A stretch of 59,715 nucleotides of DNA, from the IMG/VR virus record IMGVR_UViG_3300033067_002245, positions 1-59,715 of that record. One strand, 5' to 3'. Origin of the DNA: a virus (Duplodnaviria > Caudoviricetes). A program made the translations under genes and the position numbers. The stretch's first letter is position 1. Each line of letters begins with the position of its first letter. The notes below the pieces were generated by a model. It saw nothing but the letters and a program-made list of their open reading frames with translations. It ran no database searches and was not told the DNA's origin. Positions 17,612 to 27,880 of this stretch are shown piece by piece.

Positions 17612-17889
17612 AAGTAAGACCAATTTTAGATCGTGTGATCATTAAGCAGGATGAGGCTGCAACGAATGTAGGAGCTTTTGTTATTCCGGATTCTGCCAGG
17701 GAGAAACCAAGACAGGGAGAGGTAGTTGCTGTCGGTCCAGGGGCTATGAAGTTTGATGGTGGACGTATTCCAATGATGACTAAGGTGGGGGATAAAGTTA
17801 TTTATGCTGAGTTTGCCGGTGCTGAGGTTGTTATTGAAGGAGAGAGATACATTGTTATTGAAGAAAATAAAATTTTACTTATACTATAA
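17605..17889 (+). CDS. groES: Co-chaperonin GroES
   Basis: RPILDRVII...IPDSAREKPRQGEVVAVGPG...KVGDKVIY..FAG.EV. Confidence 0.95.
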   Translation: MLKVRPILDRVIIKQDEAATNVGAFVIPDSAREKPRQGEVVAVGPGAMKFDGGRIPMMTKVGDKVIYAEFAGAEVVIEGERYIVIEENKILLIL

Positions 17890-17900
17890 TCAAATTTAAT

Positions 17901-19496
17901 ATGGCAAAAGAAATATTTTTTAATGATGAAGCGAAGCAATTGTTGCAAGCTGGGATGAATGAAGTGGCGGATGCTGTAGGTAGTACTATGGGCGCATGTG
18001 GTAAAACCGTTATTATAAGCAACCATTATAACTTAGAGCCTATCGCTACTAAGGATGGGGTTACGGTAGCATCGTGCATTATTTTGAAGGATCCGATTAA
18101 AAATATTGGTGCTAGGTTGATCCGGAATGCATCAGAAGCTACTTATAAAGCAGCAGGTGATGGGACCACTCAGACGGCGGTACTCGCTCAGTCCTTAATT
18201 AATAATGGCTTGGCAGCGGTAAAGGCCGGTAAAAGTCCTCAGCAGATAAAAGCCGGTATGGATAAAGCCGTTGATTGTGTGATTTCTTCTTTAAAAGAGA
18301 TTTCTAAACCGGTAAATGATAATGAAACAATAAAGAACATTGCTACTATCTCCGCAAACAATGATGAGAAGATAGGTAGTTTGATTGCTGAGGCTTACAG
18401 TAAAATTGGGCATCAAGGATTAATGTTGATAGAGGCGAATAATACTGTTGAAACTGTAATCGAAGTTGTTGCAGGAGTTGAAATTCCAAGAGGATTTATT
18501 TCTCCTGAGTTTGTAAATGATCAAGCAAAACAGCGTGTGGTATATGAGAATCCGTTGTTTCTTATAGCGGACTATAATATTGCTCGTATGGATGAGATGC
18601 TGCCTTTGCTTAATGAGTTAAGTGACAGCGGTAAATTAAAGGACCATCCGTTAGTTGTAATTGCTTCTGATTTCGAGGGTGAAGCTTTTAGCTCAATGCT
18701 ACAAAATCATAGATTGGGCCACATAAAAACCTGTCTTGTAAAGGCTCCTTCAACTTATAGAAGAGAATCGTTAGATGATATGTGCGTTGTTACGGGCGCT
18801 ACTATGGTTTGTGATGAAAATGGCTTGAAAGTTCAAAATGCAACGTTCGCTCATCTGGGGACTTGTGAAAAAGTGATTATTACTGAAAACTCTACTACGT
18901 TTATTGGCGGATCTGGAGATAAAGATAAGCTTGAGAAGCATAAGAATGCGATTAAAGTGCAGCATGACGACATGAAAGATGAGGATCTTAAGAAGGTTTG
19001 GGATATCCGTTTAGCTCGTATCTCTGGAAGTATATGCATTATTAAAGTTGGCGGTTCTACGGATGTAGAAGTAAAGGAGAGAAAAGATCGTGTAGATGAT
19101 GCCTGTCGCGCGGTGAAGTCTTCTATTGAAGAGGGCGTTGTAATTGGTGGCGGAATAGCTTTATTGATGTGTGAACAAAATTTACATAGCTTAAAGATGG
19201 AAGGTGATGAACAGGTCGGAGTTGGATTAGTTATATCGGCTTTGCAAGCGCCTATAATAAAGATGTTATCGAATGCCGGGCTCAATCACAGTGATGTTTT
19301 AAATAATTTGTATACTTTGTTTAAAACAGTTAAATCTCCTGTTGGATATAATGTTAAAACGAATAAAATTGAAGACTTGTTTCAATCTGGTGTAATTGAT
19401 CCAACAAAGGTTGTTCGTTGTGCTATTCAGAACGCTGCCAGCGTAGCTACTTATGCTATCACCACTGACTGCTTGGTAGTTGAAATGCCAGCTTAG
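17901..19496 (+). CDS. groEL: Chaperonin GroEL
   Basis: AKEIFF, TKDGVTVA, AGDGTT, ATISANND, EEGVVIGGG, GVIDPTKVVR.AIQNAASVA. Confidence 0.96.
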   Translation: MAKEIFFNDEAKQLLQAGMNEVADAVGSTMGACGKTVIISNHYNLEPIATKDGVTVASCIILKDPIKNIGARLIRNASEATYKAAGDGTTQTAVLAQSLINNGLAAVKAGKSPQQIKAGMDKAVDCVISSLKEISKPVNDNETIKNIATISANNDEKIGSLIAEAYSKIGHQGLMLIEANNTVETVIEVVAGVEIPRGFISPEFVNDQAKQRVVYENPLFLIADYNIARMDEMLPLLNELSDSGKLKDHPLVVIASDFEGEAFSSMLQNHRLGHIKTCLVKAPSTYRRESLDDMCVVTGATMVCDENGLKVQNATFAHLGTCEKVIITENSTTFIGGSGDKDKLEKHKNAIKVQHDDMKDEDLKKVWDIRLARISGSICIIKVGGSTDVEVKERKDRVDDACRAVKSSIEEGVVIGGGIALLMCEQNLHSLKMEGDEQVGVGLVISALQAPIIKMLSNAGLNHSDVLNNLYTLFKTVKSPVGYNVKTNKIEDLFQSGVIDPTKVVRCAIQNAASVATYAITTDCLVVEMPA

Positions 19497-19512
19497 AAAT
19501 TAAAATACGTGC

Positions 19513-19548
19513 TTATTTAGAATCATTCCAAATAAGCACGTATATTTG
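19513..19548 (+). promoter_or_regulatory. Operator plus -7 promoter, copy 1
   Basis: TTATTTAGAATCATTCCAAATAA-GCACG-TATATTTG; palindrome extends 19505-19543. Confidence 0.85.
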
Positions 19549-19577
19549 TATAAGATAATCCTAAAATCTTATACAAA

Positions 19578-20171
19578 ATGGCAGTAACACGCGCATCTAA
19601 ACTTATTTCGTTAACGGACGATGCTACGGCTTCGGCGTTTGCGGTATCCCTAAGAAAAATAATTCAGGTAGTACCTTCTTCCAGTAAATCAATTGTGACT
19701 TATATTGACCAAGACGGGTCGAAAAAAGTGCGCCTATGCTCTGAAGCGGCTACTGCTATTGCAACAGCTTCTTTAAGTAATGATGTTGCTACTCTTCAAT
19801 TGATTACATTGATGGATGGAAGTACAGTATATGTTAACAATGACCGTGTTGTCTTTGTTGATACTACTGCCTCTAGCACTGCTCTTCTTCGTCTAGATAT
19901 GGGAGACAGAACGACTAAGCGTTATGAGTTTTCTCTTCCGACTGCAGCGAATTTCAAAACTGCTACCGACAATCTTATTGGGGTTACAACTATTGCTACT
20001 GAAAGCCGCCCAGCGGTTCTTCGATATATCAACAATTATTACATTGATCAAGCTGCTACTATTAGTGGTGGATGTGAAGTGTTGTACGATACAAATCGTA
20101 CTTCTGAGTTTCATAAGCTGAATATCAATATTTCGCTTGCTGCGCTAAAAACGCTTGTAAACGCTTTATAA
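19578..20171 (+). CDS. Hypothetical, probably virion-associated protein
   Basis: Ala/Thr-rich 197 aa behind a late-type promoter. Confidence 0.65.
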   Translation: MAVTRASKLISLTDDATASAFAVSLRKIIQVVPSSSKSIVTYIDQDGSKKVRLCSEAATAIATASLSNDVATLQLITLMDGSTVYVNNDRVVFVDTTASSTALLRLDMGDRTTKRYEFSLPTAANFKTATDNLIGVTTIATESRPAVLRYINNYYIDQAATISGGCEVLYDTNRTSEFHKLNINISLAALKTLVNAL

Positions 20172-20249
20172 GCTGCTGTGCTTTGTTTTGAGGTGATGGT
20201 GTAAAAGCTGTCACCTTTATTTTAATACAATATAATTTAATATAATTTC

Positions 20250-20612
20250 ATGGAAAGACCTGTCATTAAAGATAAGAACGCGCTCGCGTATGTGGAATAT
20301 CTTGAGTCACAATTGGCAGATATTAAATCCTCCCCTTATGTAGATAGCTATGAAGCACTTAAAAAGGTTGTAGATAGCTGGAACAAAAAAATAAAAGACC
20401 TTACTGAAATTGATACTGATTCTGCTGATGCGAAGGCGATCATAAAATATTTATCAGTACAGAAAACTTATTTAGAGCAGCTTGAATATTTTAAAAGCAA
20501 AATGTCCCCGGATGACCGGAAGGCTATAGAGAAGAAAATGCGTGAATCTGCTGGAATTGCTGAGAGGATGGCTTTAGAAGAGAGAGATGGCAAAGATAGA
20601 GGAACTGTTTGA
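20250..20612 (+). CDS. Putative terminase small subunit
   Basis: Helical protein overlapping the terminase large subunit start; positional inference. Confidence 0.5.
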   Translation: MERPVIKDKNALAYVEYLESQLADIKSSPYVDSYEALKKVVDSWNKKIKDLTEIDTDSADAKAIIKYLSVQKTYLEQLEYFKSKMSPDDRKAIEKKMRESAGIAERMALEERDGKDRGTV

Positions 20613-22665
20613 GGGTTTAGTATTCACTATCCCGGACCCTCCAAAGAAAAATTCGGAAATTTTATACTCTAACCTTTCAAAAAAAGATCAGAGATGGAAG
20701 CGTTCGCCTCTGCCGGATAACTTTATTTCATGGTCAAAGGAGAAACAGGATGCATTTGCTTTTGAAGAAAACCGTAAATGCAAGGAGGGTATATTTTTTT
20801 ACAATTACGGTGAAGTAGTTTATATTACAGGCGATCATTATTTTTATTTACAATGGTTTAAAATTGATGGCGGCTATCCGGATTACCGAGATAGGGATAG
20901 GCGCTGGTATTACCATTGGTTTCTGTGTGATAATGATATTGATTGCCTTGGGCAGGATTATGGAAAATTGCGCCGGGATGGATATTCCTTCCGTGTCGAT
21001 GCTATTATTTTAAATCGGGCAAGGAAAACATTTGACTCTAATTATGGTATTGTTTCTAAGACAGGAGATGATGCAAAGGAGATGTTTCAGAAACTTGTTC
21101 ATGGGTTTGTCTCCTTACCTTACTTCTTTAAACCTCAAGTTGAATCAGGCGAACAGCCAAAGAAAGAACTTATTTTTAGGACTCCTCAAAAGAGAATTAC
21201 TCATAAAAATAGATTTATTGCGGAGGAGCTTTCCTTAAATACAAAAACTTCGTGGACGGCTACAACTGAAAATGCGTTTGATGGTACTAAGCAGAAAATT
21301 ATAGCTGCTGATGAAGCCGGTAAATGGACCGATGTAAACGTAGAGAAGTGGTTCAATATCGCTAAGACCTGCGTTATGCTTGGTGGTAAAATCATTGGGA
21401 AGATTCTTTTTGGTTCTACTGTGAATGAATCAACAAAAGGTGGGGATAAGTTTAAATCTATTTGGGATAAGTCGTGTGTAAATGAAAAAACTGCAAACGG
21501 AAGGACGTTAAGCGGGCTATGGCGATATTTTGTCCCGGCATATGATGGACTTGAAGGGTTTATTGATGAGTATGGTCGGTCTGTAATTGACACACCGGAA
21601 TCTCCTATAATGGGGATTGATGGTCATTGGATTAAAATAGGAGCTAAGCCGTATTTGGAAGCTGAAAGAGCTGCTAAATATGATTCAGGAGATATCGTTG
21701 GTTATTACGAAGAGATTCGTCAGCGTCCATTTACAGTGGATGAGATGTTTAGGGATCCTGCCAACGAACAAACTCAATTCGATCTTGATAAAATATATCA
21801 GCAAATTAATCACAATGATTCTGTAAGTGAAAATCCATTGCGTAGAGGCAATTTTGTTTGGAAAAATGCGGTACCAGATAGCGAAGTCGTTTTCCAGGAA
21901 GATAATAATGGTAAGTGGCTTGTTTCCTGGTTTCCTAAAGTAGAAGACAGGAATAAACATGTGGTGAAGTTTGGAAAGAAAGCCCCGGCCAATACGCATG
22001 ATGGTCTTTTCTCAGTCGATCCCTTTGATCATAGATATGTGAGTGGTGGGAAACAGTCAAAAGCGGCTTCCCACGGAATTCATAAATATTCTTTTAACGA
22101 CCCTAACGTCTCAAATACGTTTATTTCTCAGTATTGGGGCCGTCCTAAAGATCCAGCGGTGTTTTATGAAGATATGTTGATGCAGTGCGTGTTTTATGGG
22201 TGGGAGATATTGGGAGAGTCCAATAAGCCTGGTTGTATTAATCATTTCCGGAATAGAGGATACGACAATTATTTAATGCGTAGGCCCGCATTTACTCACA
22301 ATGAACATTCAGAGAAAAAACAAGAAGAAGTTTGGATTCCTAATACAGGAACAATTGATAAAGGCATCCGGAGAATGCTTGTGGAGCATATGCAGTCGTA
22401 CGTGTACCAATACATAGGTAATAATTCTGTTACTGGCATAATGGGTAATTGCAAGTTTAATGATACCCTGCATGATCTGGTTAAGTTTGACATAGAAAAG
22501 TGGACCGATTACGATTTAACTGTATCTGCCATGTATGCAGTGTTGGGATTAAACACATATCAGCCTAAAAAGCTTGCGCGTAAGACAATTAAATTATTTG
22601 AGATTTATGATACTACTGGAGTACGAAGTGTTCTCATAGTTCCTAAAAAGAAGCCATTATCTTAA
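20587..22665 (+). CDS. Terminase large subunit
   Basis: YITGDHYFYLQ, variant Walker A KLRRDGYS, Walker B IIAADEAGK, nuclease SVDPFD and ESNK. Confidence 0.88.
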   Translation: MAKIEELFEGLVFTIPDPPKKNSEILYSNLSKKDQRWKRSPLPDNFISWSKEKQDAFAFEENRKCKEGIFFYNYGEVVYITGDHYFYLQWFKIDGGYPDYRDRDRRWYYHWFLCDNDIDCLGQDYGKLRRDGYSFRVDAIILNRARKTFDSNYGIVSKTGDDAKEMFQKLVHGFVSLPYFFKPQVESGEQPKKELIFRTPQKRITHKNRFIAEELSLNTKTSWTATTENAFDGTKQKIIAADEAGKWTDVNVEKWFNIAKTCVMLGGKIIGKILFGSTVNESTKGGDKFKSIWDKSCVNEKTANGRTLSGLWRYFVPAYDGLEGFIDEYGRSVIDTPESPIMGIDGHWIKIGAKPYLEAERAAKYDSGDIVGYYEEIRQRPFTVDEMFRDPANEQTQFDLDKIYQQINHNDSVSENPLRRGNFVWKNAVPDSEVVFQEDNNGKWLVSWFPKVEDRNKHVVKFGKKAPANTHDGLFSVDPFDHRYVSGGKQSKAASHGIHKYSFNDPNVSNTFISQYWGRPKDPAVFYEDMLMQCVFYGWEILGESNKPGCINHFRNRGYDNYLMRRPAFTHNEHSEKKQEEVWIPNTGTIDKGIRRMLVEHMQSYVYQYIGNNSVTGIMGNCKFNDTLHDLVKFDIEKWTDYDLTVSAMYAVLGLNTYQPKKLARKTIKLFEIYDTTGVRSVLIVPKKKPLS

Positions 22666-22676
22666 TTATTTGTTCC

Positions 22677-22712
22677 TTATTTAGAATCATTCTAAATAAT
22701 TAGCTATTTTTG
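22677..22712 (+). promoter_or_regulatory. Operator plus -7 promoter, copy 2
   Basis: TTATTTAGAATCATTCTAAATAA-TTAGC-TATTTTTG. Confidence 0.88.
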
Positions 22713-22729
22713 TGTAAACAAACATTAAC

Positions 22730-25153
22730 ATGGCTGAAAATACGTCAAGTGCTCCATTCCCAGACATTTTAGCGCCGAAAGAAAAAAAAGCAACTAAAGA
22801 GTATGGATTAGCCTATGCAAGGGCTATTTGGAATGAACGTATTTTAAATCAAGATACCTACAACGAAACCCGAAGAGTTTTCTTAAAGAATAGAGAGTAT
22901 GCAGAAGGTATGCTGTCTATTCAGAATGTGAAGGATCGTAAAGGTATCACAGATACATCCTATCTTAATTTAGATTTTCGCCCTGTTAATATAATTGCTA
23001 CCACTATAGATAATATTGTTGGTAAGCTGTGTAAGCTTGACTATAAAGCCGTTTGTACTCCACTTGATGCCGAATCAAAGAATGAGCGAGATGAATACCG
23101 GAATAAACTTCGGGCGGCACGTTTCCTTAAAAAGTTTTCTGATCAGATAGAACCTCTTACCGGTATGCCATTGGTTGAAAAAGGAATGAAGATTCCGGAA
23201 ACCGATGAGGAGGAAGAGATTTTTATGCAGATGAATTTCAAGTTTGCTTCTGCAGTGGCTATGGAGGCCGCTTTTAGTTTTGTTCACACAAGCAATTTAT
23301 TCCCAGTTGTAAAGGAAAGGATATTAAGAGATTTACTTGAGAATAAAGTCGCTGCATTGCGGACATATTATGATGAAGATTATAATATTAAGTATGAGCG
23401 TGTGGATTTCCTCGATTTAATTATCCCTTATTCAAATAAAGAAGATTTTAGTGATATTAATCAGTTTGGTCAAATTAAATATCTGACCATCGGAGATATT
23501 GCAAATATGGGCAAGTTTACTGATGATGAGCTTTTTCATATTGCAAAGTTAAATGCTGGGCGTAATAACAACACGAAGGATTGGCAGTGGGGAAATAATT
23601 ATGGTGACTCTACCTATTTCAAACCTAACGTTATGCCAGGGTATTATAGTTTTAAAATCACTGTAATGGATTTTGAATTTCTTGGTTTAGATAGGGAAGT
23701 TCGTGAATTTAAGATCGTAAAAAACAAGAGGAAGTATATAAATAACATTCCTGAATCCAAGATTGGTTCGGTGACTGGGGAGGTTATTTCTAAGCAGTGG
23801 CAAAATAGGTATGAGGGAAGTTGGATTGTTGGTACTGATTATCTGATCAAGTATGAGAAGACAAAGAACATGCCTCGTGAACGGATCCAAGGGTCCTATT
23901 CCCCAAAAACAACATTGTCATTAAACATCATTTCTCCGAATATATTCAACATGAAGAATAAGTCTCATGTGGAGAGAATGATTCCGCATGAAGATCAAAT
24001 CAATTTGGCTCATTTAGCATTTCAGACGTTTTTAATAAAAGCAAAACCTCCGGGTGTTGCTGTGGATATACAAGGCTTATTAGATGCTGCTAAGGGTCTT
24101 GGTGAGACTATGAAGCCGTTAGATGTTCTGAAGATATATGAAGCTACTGGTAACTTGGTTTACAGTAGTATTGGTGAGGATGGAACAGTAATTAACAGTA
24201 AGGTTATTACAGAGCTTCGTGGTGGCGTTGGTGATGCTATAAAGGAATTTATTGGTGTTTATCAATTTGAAAGAAATTTAATAAATGAAGTAATTGGCTA
24301 CAATAGCGTAGTGGATGGTAGTTCACCTCAGCCTGATGTTGGCCTTGGTCAGCAAAAGAATGCGATAGAAGCGACTAACAATTCATTGTCTCCAATATTT
24401 AATGCCCACTTACGGCTTGTGAATAATGCAAACAAGCGGACAGCCTTGATGATACAGGATTGTATTGAGCATAACAATGAGTCTTTCATGACTGCTATTG
24501 GTCAGCATTCTACCGAAGTCCTTGAAATGGGGATGAAGCTGGCATATGTTCAGATGGGGATTGATATTGAGTTATTGCCGACAGATGAAGATAAGTTATT
24601 AATAAATCAACAGATTCAATTAGGACAACAATCTAATCCTCCTTTATTGACTCCTTCCGATGTGATCCGAATTAACCAGGTTATGAAAACAAATACAAAG
24701 CTTGCCGGTCAGCTGCTTGTGTATTTGGAAGAAAAGAATCGGAAAACTCGTGCGGAAGAATCTGCAGCTCTTCAAAAACAAAACGGAGATATTCAGGTGC
24801 AATCTGCTCAAGCAGCTACACAAGGTCAAATCCAGGCTGATGCTGAAATGACTAAAAATAAAGCAAGTCTTATTCAATTAGAAGGTCAACTTAAATCTCA
24901 GTTATCTGCTCAGGAATTCGAGCAAGAGAAGCAACTTCTGGGCTTACAAGGGCAGATAAATAATGCGGCAGTAATGGCTAATAATCAGACTAAGGTTGTT
25001 GTTCAGAGTTTAGCGAATGAAGGTAAATTAAAAGAGCAAGAGTCAGCTCAGGAGCATGAGCGCGAAATCGCAGAAAAAGAGCATGATCAAGCTATTGAGC
25101 AAGAGGCTTTCAAGGCTTTGGTTACTCCTAAAAAAGAACCATCCAAAAAATAA
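22730..25153 (+). CDS. Portal protein
   Basis: 807 aa after terminase; FPD....EK..KEYGL.YARAI, YLNLDF.PV.II, Gln-rich coiled-coil C-terminus typical of podoviral portals. Confidence 0.85.
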   Translation: MAENTSSAPFPDILAPKEKKATKEYGLAYARAIWNERILNQDTYNETRRVFLKNREYAEGMLSIQNVKDRKGITDTSYLNLDFRPVNIIATTIDNIVGKLCKLDYKAVCTPLDAESKNERDEYRNKLRAARFLKKFSDQIEPLTGMPLVEKGMKIPETDEEEEIFMQMNFKFASAVAMEAAFSFVHTSNLFPVVKERILRDLLENKVAALRTYYDEDYNIKYERVDFLDLIIPYSNKEDFSDINQFGQIKYLTIGDIANMGKFTDDELFHIAKLNAGRNNNTKDWQWGNNYGDSTYFKPNVMPGYYSFKITVMDFEFLGLDREVREFKIVKNKRKYINNIPESKIGSVTGEVISKQWQNRYEGSWIVGTDYLIKYEKTKNMPRERIQGSYSPKTTLSLNIISPNIFNMKNKSHVERMIPHEDQINLAHLAFQTFLIKAKPPGVAVDIQGLLDAAKGLGETMKPLDVLKIYEATGNLVYSSIGEDGTVINSKVITELRGGVGDAIKEFIGVYQFERNLINEVIGYNSVVDGSSPQPDVGLGQQKNAIEATNNSLSPIFNAHLRLVNNANKRTALMIQDCIEHNNESFMTAIGQHSTEVLEMGMKLAYVQMGIDIELLPTDEDKLLINQQIQLGQQSNPPLLTPSDVIRINQVMKTNTKLAGQLLVYLEEKNRKTRAEESAALQKQNGDIQVQSAQAATQGQIQADAEMTKNKASLIQLEGQLKSQLSAQEFEQEKQLLGLQGQINNAAVMANNQTKVVVQSLANEGKLKEQESAQEHEREIAEKEHDQAIEQEAFKALVTPKKEPSKK

Positions 25154-25161
25154 TTTAATGC

Positions 25162-25197
25162 TTATTTAGAATCATTCTAAATAACGTTGTACATTTG
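25162..25197 (+). promoter_or_regulatory. Operator plus -7 promoter, copy 3
   Basis: TTATTTAGAATCATTCTAAATAA-CGTTG-TACATTTG. Confidence 0.88.
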
Positions 25198-25222
25198 TAA
25201 TAATTAAATATAATATAATCTA

Positions 25223-26356
25223 ATGGAACCAGGACAACAGATATCAGCGGATGAGATGGCAGCTATGCGACAAGCGGCAGCAAATCCTCCAGCACAAGTC
25301 GTAGAAGAACCGGTGGTAACACCAGAGCCTGTAGCAGCCGAGCCAGTTGTGCCAGCTGTAGCAGATGATAATAATGCAACGCCGCCTGTGGCTCCAGTAG
25401 TTCCAGCGGCAGCTCCGGAACAGGTTGCAGAGAAGCCAAAGTCTTTTGAAGAACTATTGGCAGAACGGACAAAAGGAAAATTTAATAAATGGGAAGATGT
25501 TGAGCCCATTATTAATGCACCAAAAGATGAATTCGTAGATGATGAAGTACGTCACTGGAATGAATTGAAGAAGAAAGGTGTTAAGCTCGACAAGCAGTTC
25601 TTTGAATTACAGAATTTAGATGTTGAAGGATTGAAAGATCCTAAAGCAATATTGATACAGACAATGAAGCTGAAGGGGGAGAATCTTTCTGACAGAGCAT
25701 TGAATGTTCAACTTGAAAAAAAATATGGTATCAGTGCATGGATAGATAAGGAAGATCATGAACTAACTGATGAAGATGCAGCCAATAAAGAGATTTTTGT
25801 TCGTGATGCGAAGAATGATCTAGAATGGTTACGCAGTTTCAAAAAGGAAAGAACATTTGTTCCTGAGCAGGATCCTGAAGCAGTAATTGCAGCCAAAGCT
25901 AAACAAGACGCTTGGCAGGCAAACTGGGAGAAATTCGTTGATGGCGAACTGGCTCCAAAGGCGACTAGTTTATCTGTGATAGTTGATCCAGAAACGAAAG
26001 ATTCATTTGAATACAAAGTTTCCGAAGCCGATCGCAAGGAAGTGAGTGACATAATGAAGCTTTTACCTCGTGATATAAATGCAATATTCAGCCGGTTTAT
26101 TGAACCTGGCGAGAATGGAACACCGCAAATTAATCATGCGAAAGTACAAAGAATGCTTTTGAGAGATAGAGCATTTGACCAGGCGGTAGCGAATGCCAAA
26201 AAGGATGGAATAGCTGAAGGCGCGAAAAAAGAAATTGAAACTTTAAAAAACACAAATTTTACGCCAGCGAGTAGTGTGGTAGTAGCGGCAGCAGAACCTG
26301 AAAGTGAGGAAGAAGCAAGAGCTGCAGCTTTAAGAAAGCAGGGTAGGGTTTACTAA
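25223..26356 (+). CDS. Putative capsid scaffolding protein
   Basis: Acidic, Pro/Ala-rich N-terminus; lies between portal and capsid genes. Confidence 0.65.
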   Translation: MEPGQQISADEMAAMRQAAANPPAQVVEEPVVTPEPVAAEPVVPAVADDNNATPPVAPVVPAAAPEQVAEKPKSFEELLAERTKGKFNKWEDVEPIINAPKDEFVDDEVRHWNELKKKGVKLDKQFFELQNLDVEGLKDPKAILIQTMKLKGENLSDRALNVQLEKKYGISAWIDKEDHELTDEDAANKEIFVRDAKNDLEWLRSFKKERTFVPEQDPEAVIAAKAKQDAWQANWEKFVDGELAPKATSLSVIVDPETKDSFEYKVSEADRKEVSDIMKLLPRDINAIFSRFIEPGENGTPQINHAKVQRMLLRDRAFDQAVANAKKDGIAEGAKKEIETLKNTNFTPASSVVVAAAEPESEEEARAAALRKQGRVY

Positions 26357-26391
26357 CATCTTTCGGTATAGAGGTCAACCGAGTATAAAAC

Positions 26392-27807
26392 ATGTCATTT
26401 AACAAACCGTCAGCAGTACAAGTAGCTACTGCAACAAACTGGATTACATCCGGATCTTTATACAATATGTTGAAACCTGAGAATGATCCTACCGAAGCAA
26501 AGGTTTGGGGAACTCAAGATTTAACTGGCCTTATCGAAATGATGGGCGGAGTAAATTATGTATCAAATCCTGCTTATCGTCACTTTGAAGAGGATCGTAT
26601 CCATCAAATTGTGATTGCGACAGGCACAGGAACAGGTGTTGTAGGTGCTACAATCACTTATACTGAGGATTCAACCAATTATATTGCGAGTTTCCCATCA
26701 GCAGCGGCAGAGCCGTATGTTGCTACAGGAACTCAAGTTAACTTGTTATCAGTTCGTCTGAATGACATTTTGATTTTCCCAGGAACAGGAGCACAAGGTC
26801 TTGTAACTGCAGTTAACGTTGGAGCTCATACTTTTGATGTTACAAGCACAAATGGTATTGCATTGCCAACAACTACATCCACTAGCGAAATCATTAACGT
26901 TGGTCCAACAGTGGGTGAGGGTAAAGATCAACCAACCTCTTTCAACTTCCGTGAAAACATCTATTACAACACGACTGAAACTGTAAATGATTCTCATGAA
27001 TCTACAGGTCGTTCAATGGGTGAAAAAACATGGGTGACTTACCCTTACAAAGGACAAGAGAAAGCTGCTTGGTATTTCAAAGGTCAATCTGGAACATTTA
27101 AACGTTTCCGTAATCACCGTGAAATGAAAATGATCGCTGGTAACCGTATCGTGAGTGCAACCGGTATTAATGCTTATGATGCAACTGTAACAAGAACTGA
27201 AGGTTTAATTCCATTCTGTACTTCTTACAATGCTCAAACAACATTTACCATCACCTCTGGTCTTACTTTGGATGACTGGCAAGCAATTTACACTGATGTT
27301 CTTGACAAAAATGCTGGAGCGTCAGAGTATTCTGTGTTAACAGCTATTCAAAACAGACGCGCGATTGATTCATTCATCCGTGATGAAATGAAACAGGGTG
27401 GTGTTCAGTATGGTGCATTTACTGGTGGACAAAAACAAGCTGTAAACTTCGGTTTCGATTCGTTCCAAACACTTGGTTATACAAGCCATTTAAAAACATA
27501 CCAACCATTTAATGATCCAACTATGTTGGGTGCAAATGGTCACCAATACAGAAACTTAACTCTGTTCATTCCAATGAGCAAAGATATGTTTGCTATCGGT
27601 GAAGAGAAAAGAAAAGTAGAAGTTCCTTCTATGCGTATTAACTACTTGGCAAACGAAGGCTATAGCCGTGAGTGGGAAGAGTGGTTAACAGGTGGTACTA
27701 ATGGTGTTTATACAAACACTGTTGATACTTTGAAACTTAACTTCCGTAGTGAATTTGGTTTTGAAGGATTTGGTGCAAACCGTTTCACTTCTTTAAAAGG
27801 AGTATAG
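26392..27807 (+). CDS. Major capsid protein
   Basis: 471 aa, strong codon bias, TEGL and NFGFDSF motifs, ends GANRF, followed by a terminator. Confidence 0.8.
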   Translation: MSFNKPSAVQVATATNWITSGSLYNMLKPENDPTEAKVWGTQDLTGLIEMMGGVNYVSNPAYRHFEEDRIHQIVIATGTGTGVVGATITYTEDSTNYIASFPSAAAEPYVATGTQVNLLSVRLNDILIFPGTGAQGLVTAVNVGAHTFDVTSTNGIALPTTTSTSEIINVGPTVGEGKDQPTSFNFRENIYYNTTETVNDSHESTGRSMGEKTWVTYPYKGQEKAAWYFKGQSGTFKRFRNHREMKMIAGNRIVSATGINAYDATVTRTEGLIPFCTSYNAQTTFTITSGLTLDDWQAIYTDVLDKNAGASEYSVLTAIQNRRAIDSFIRDEMKQGGVQYGAFTGGQKQAVNFGFDSFQTLGYTSHLKTYQPFNDPTMLGANGHQYRNLTLFIPMSKDMFAIGEEKRKVEVPSMRINYLANEGYSREWEEWLTGGTNGVYTNTVDTLKLNFRSEFGFEGFGANRFTSLKGV

Positions 27808-27816
27808 TGGATTGAA

Positions 27817-27844
27817 AGGAGCAAGCCTAAAAACTTGCTCCTTT
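27817..27844 (+). terminator. Intrinsic terminator
   Basis: AAGGAGCAAG-loop-CTTGCTCCTT followed by T-rich tract. Confidence 0.75.
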
Positions 27845-27880
27845 ATTTTAACAATATAATTTAATTTAATAAAATAAAAT

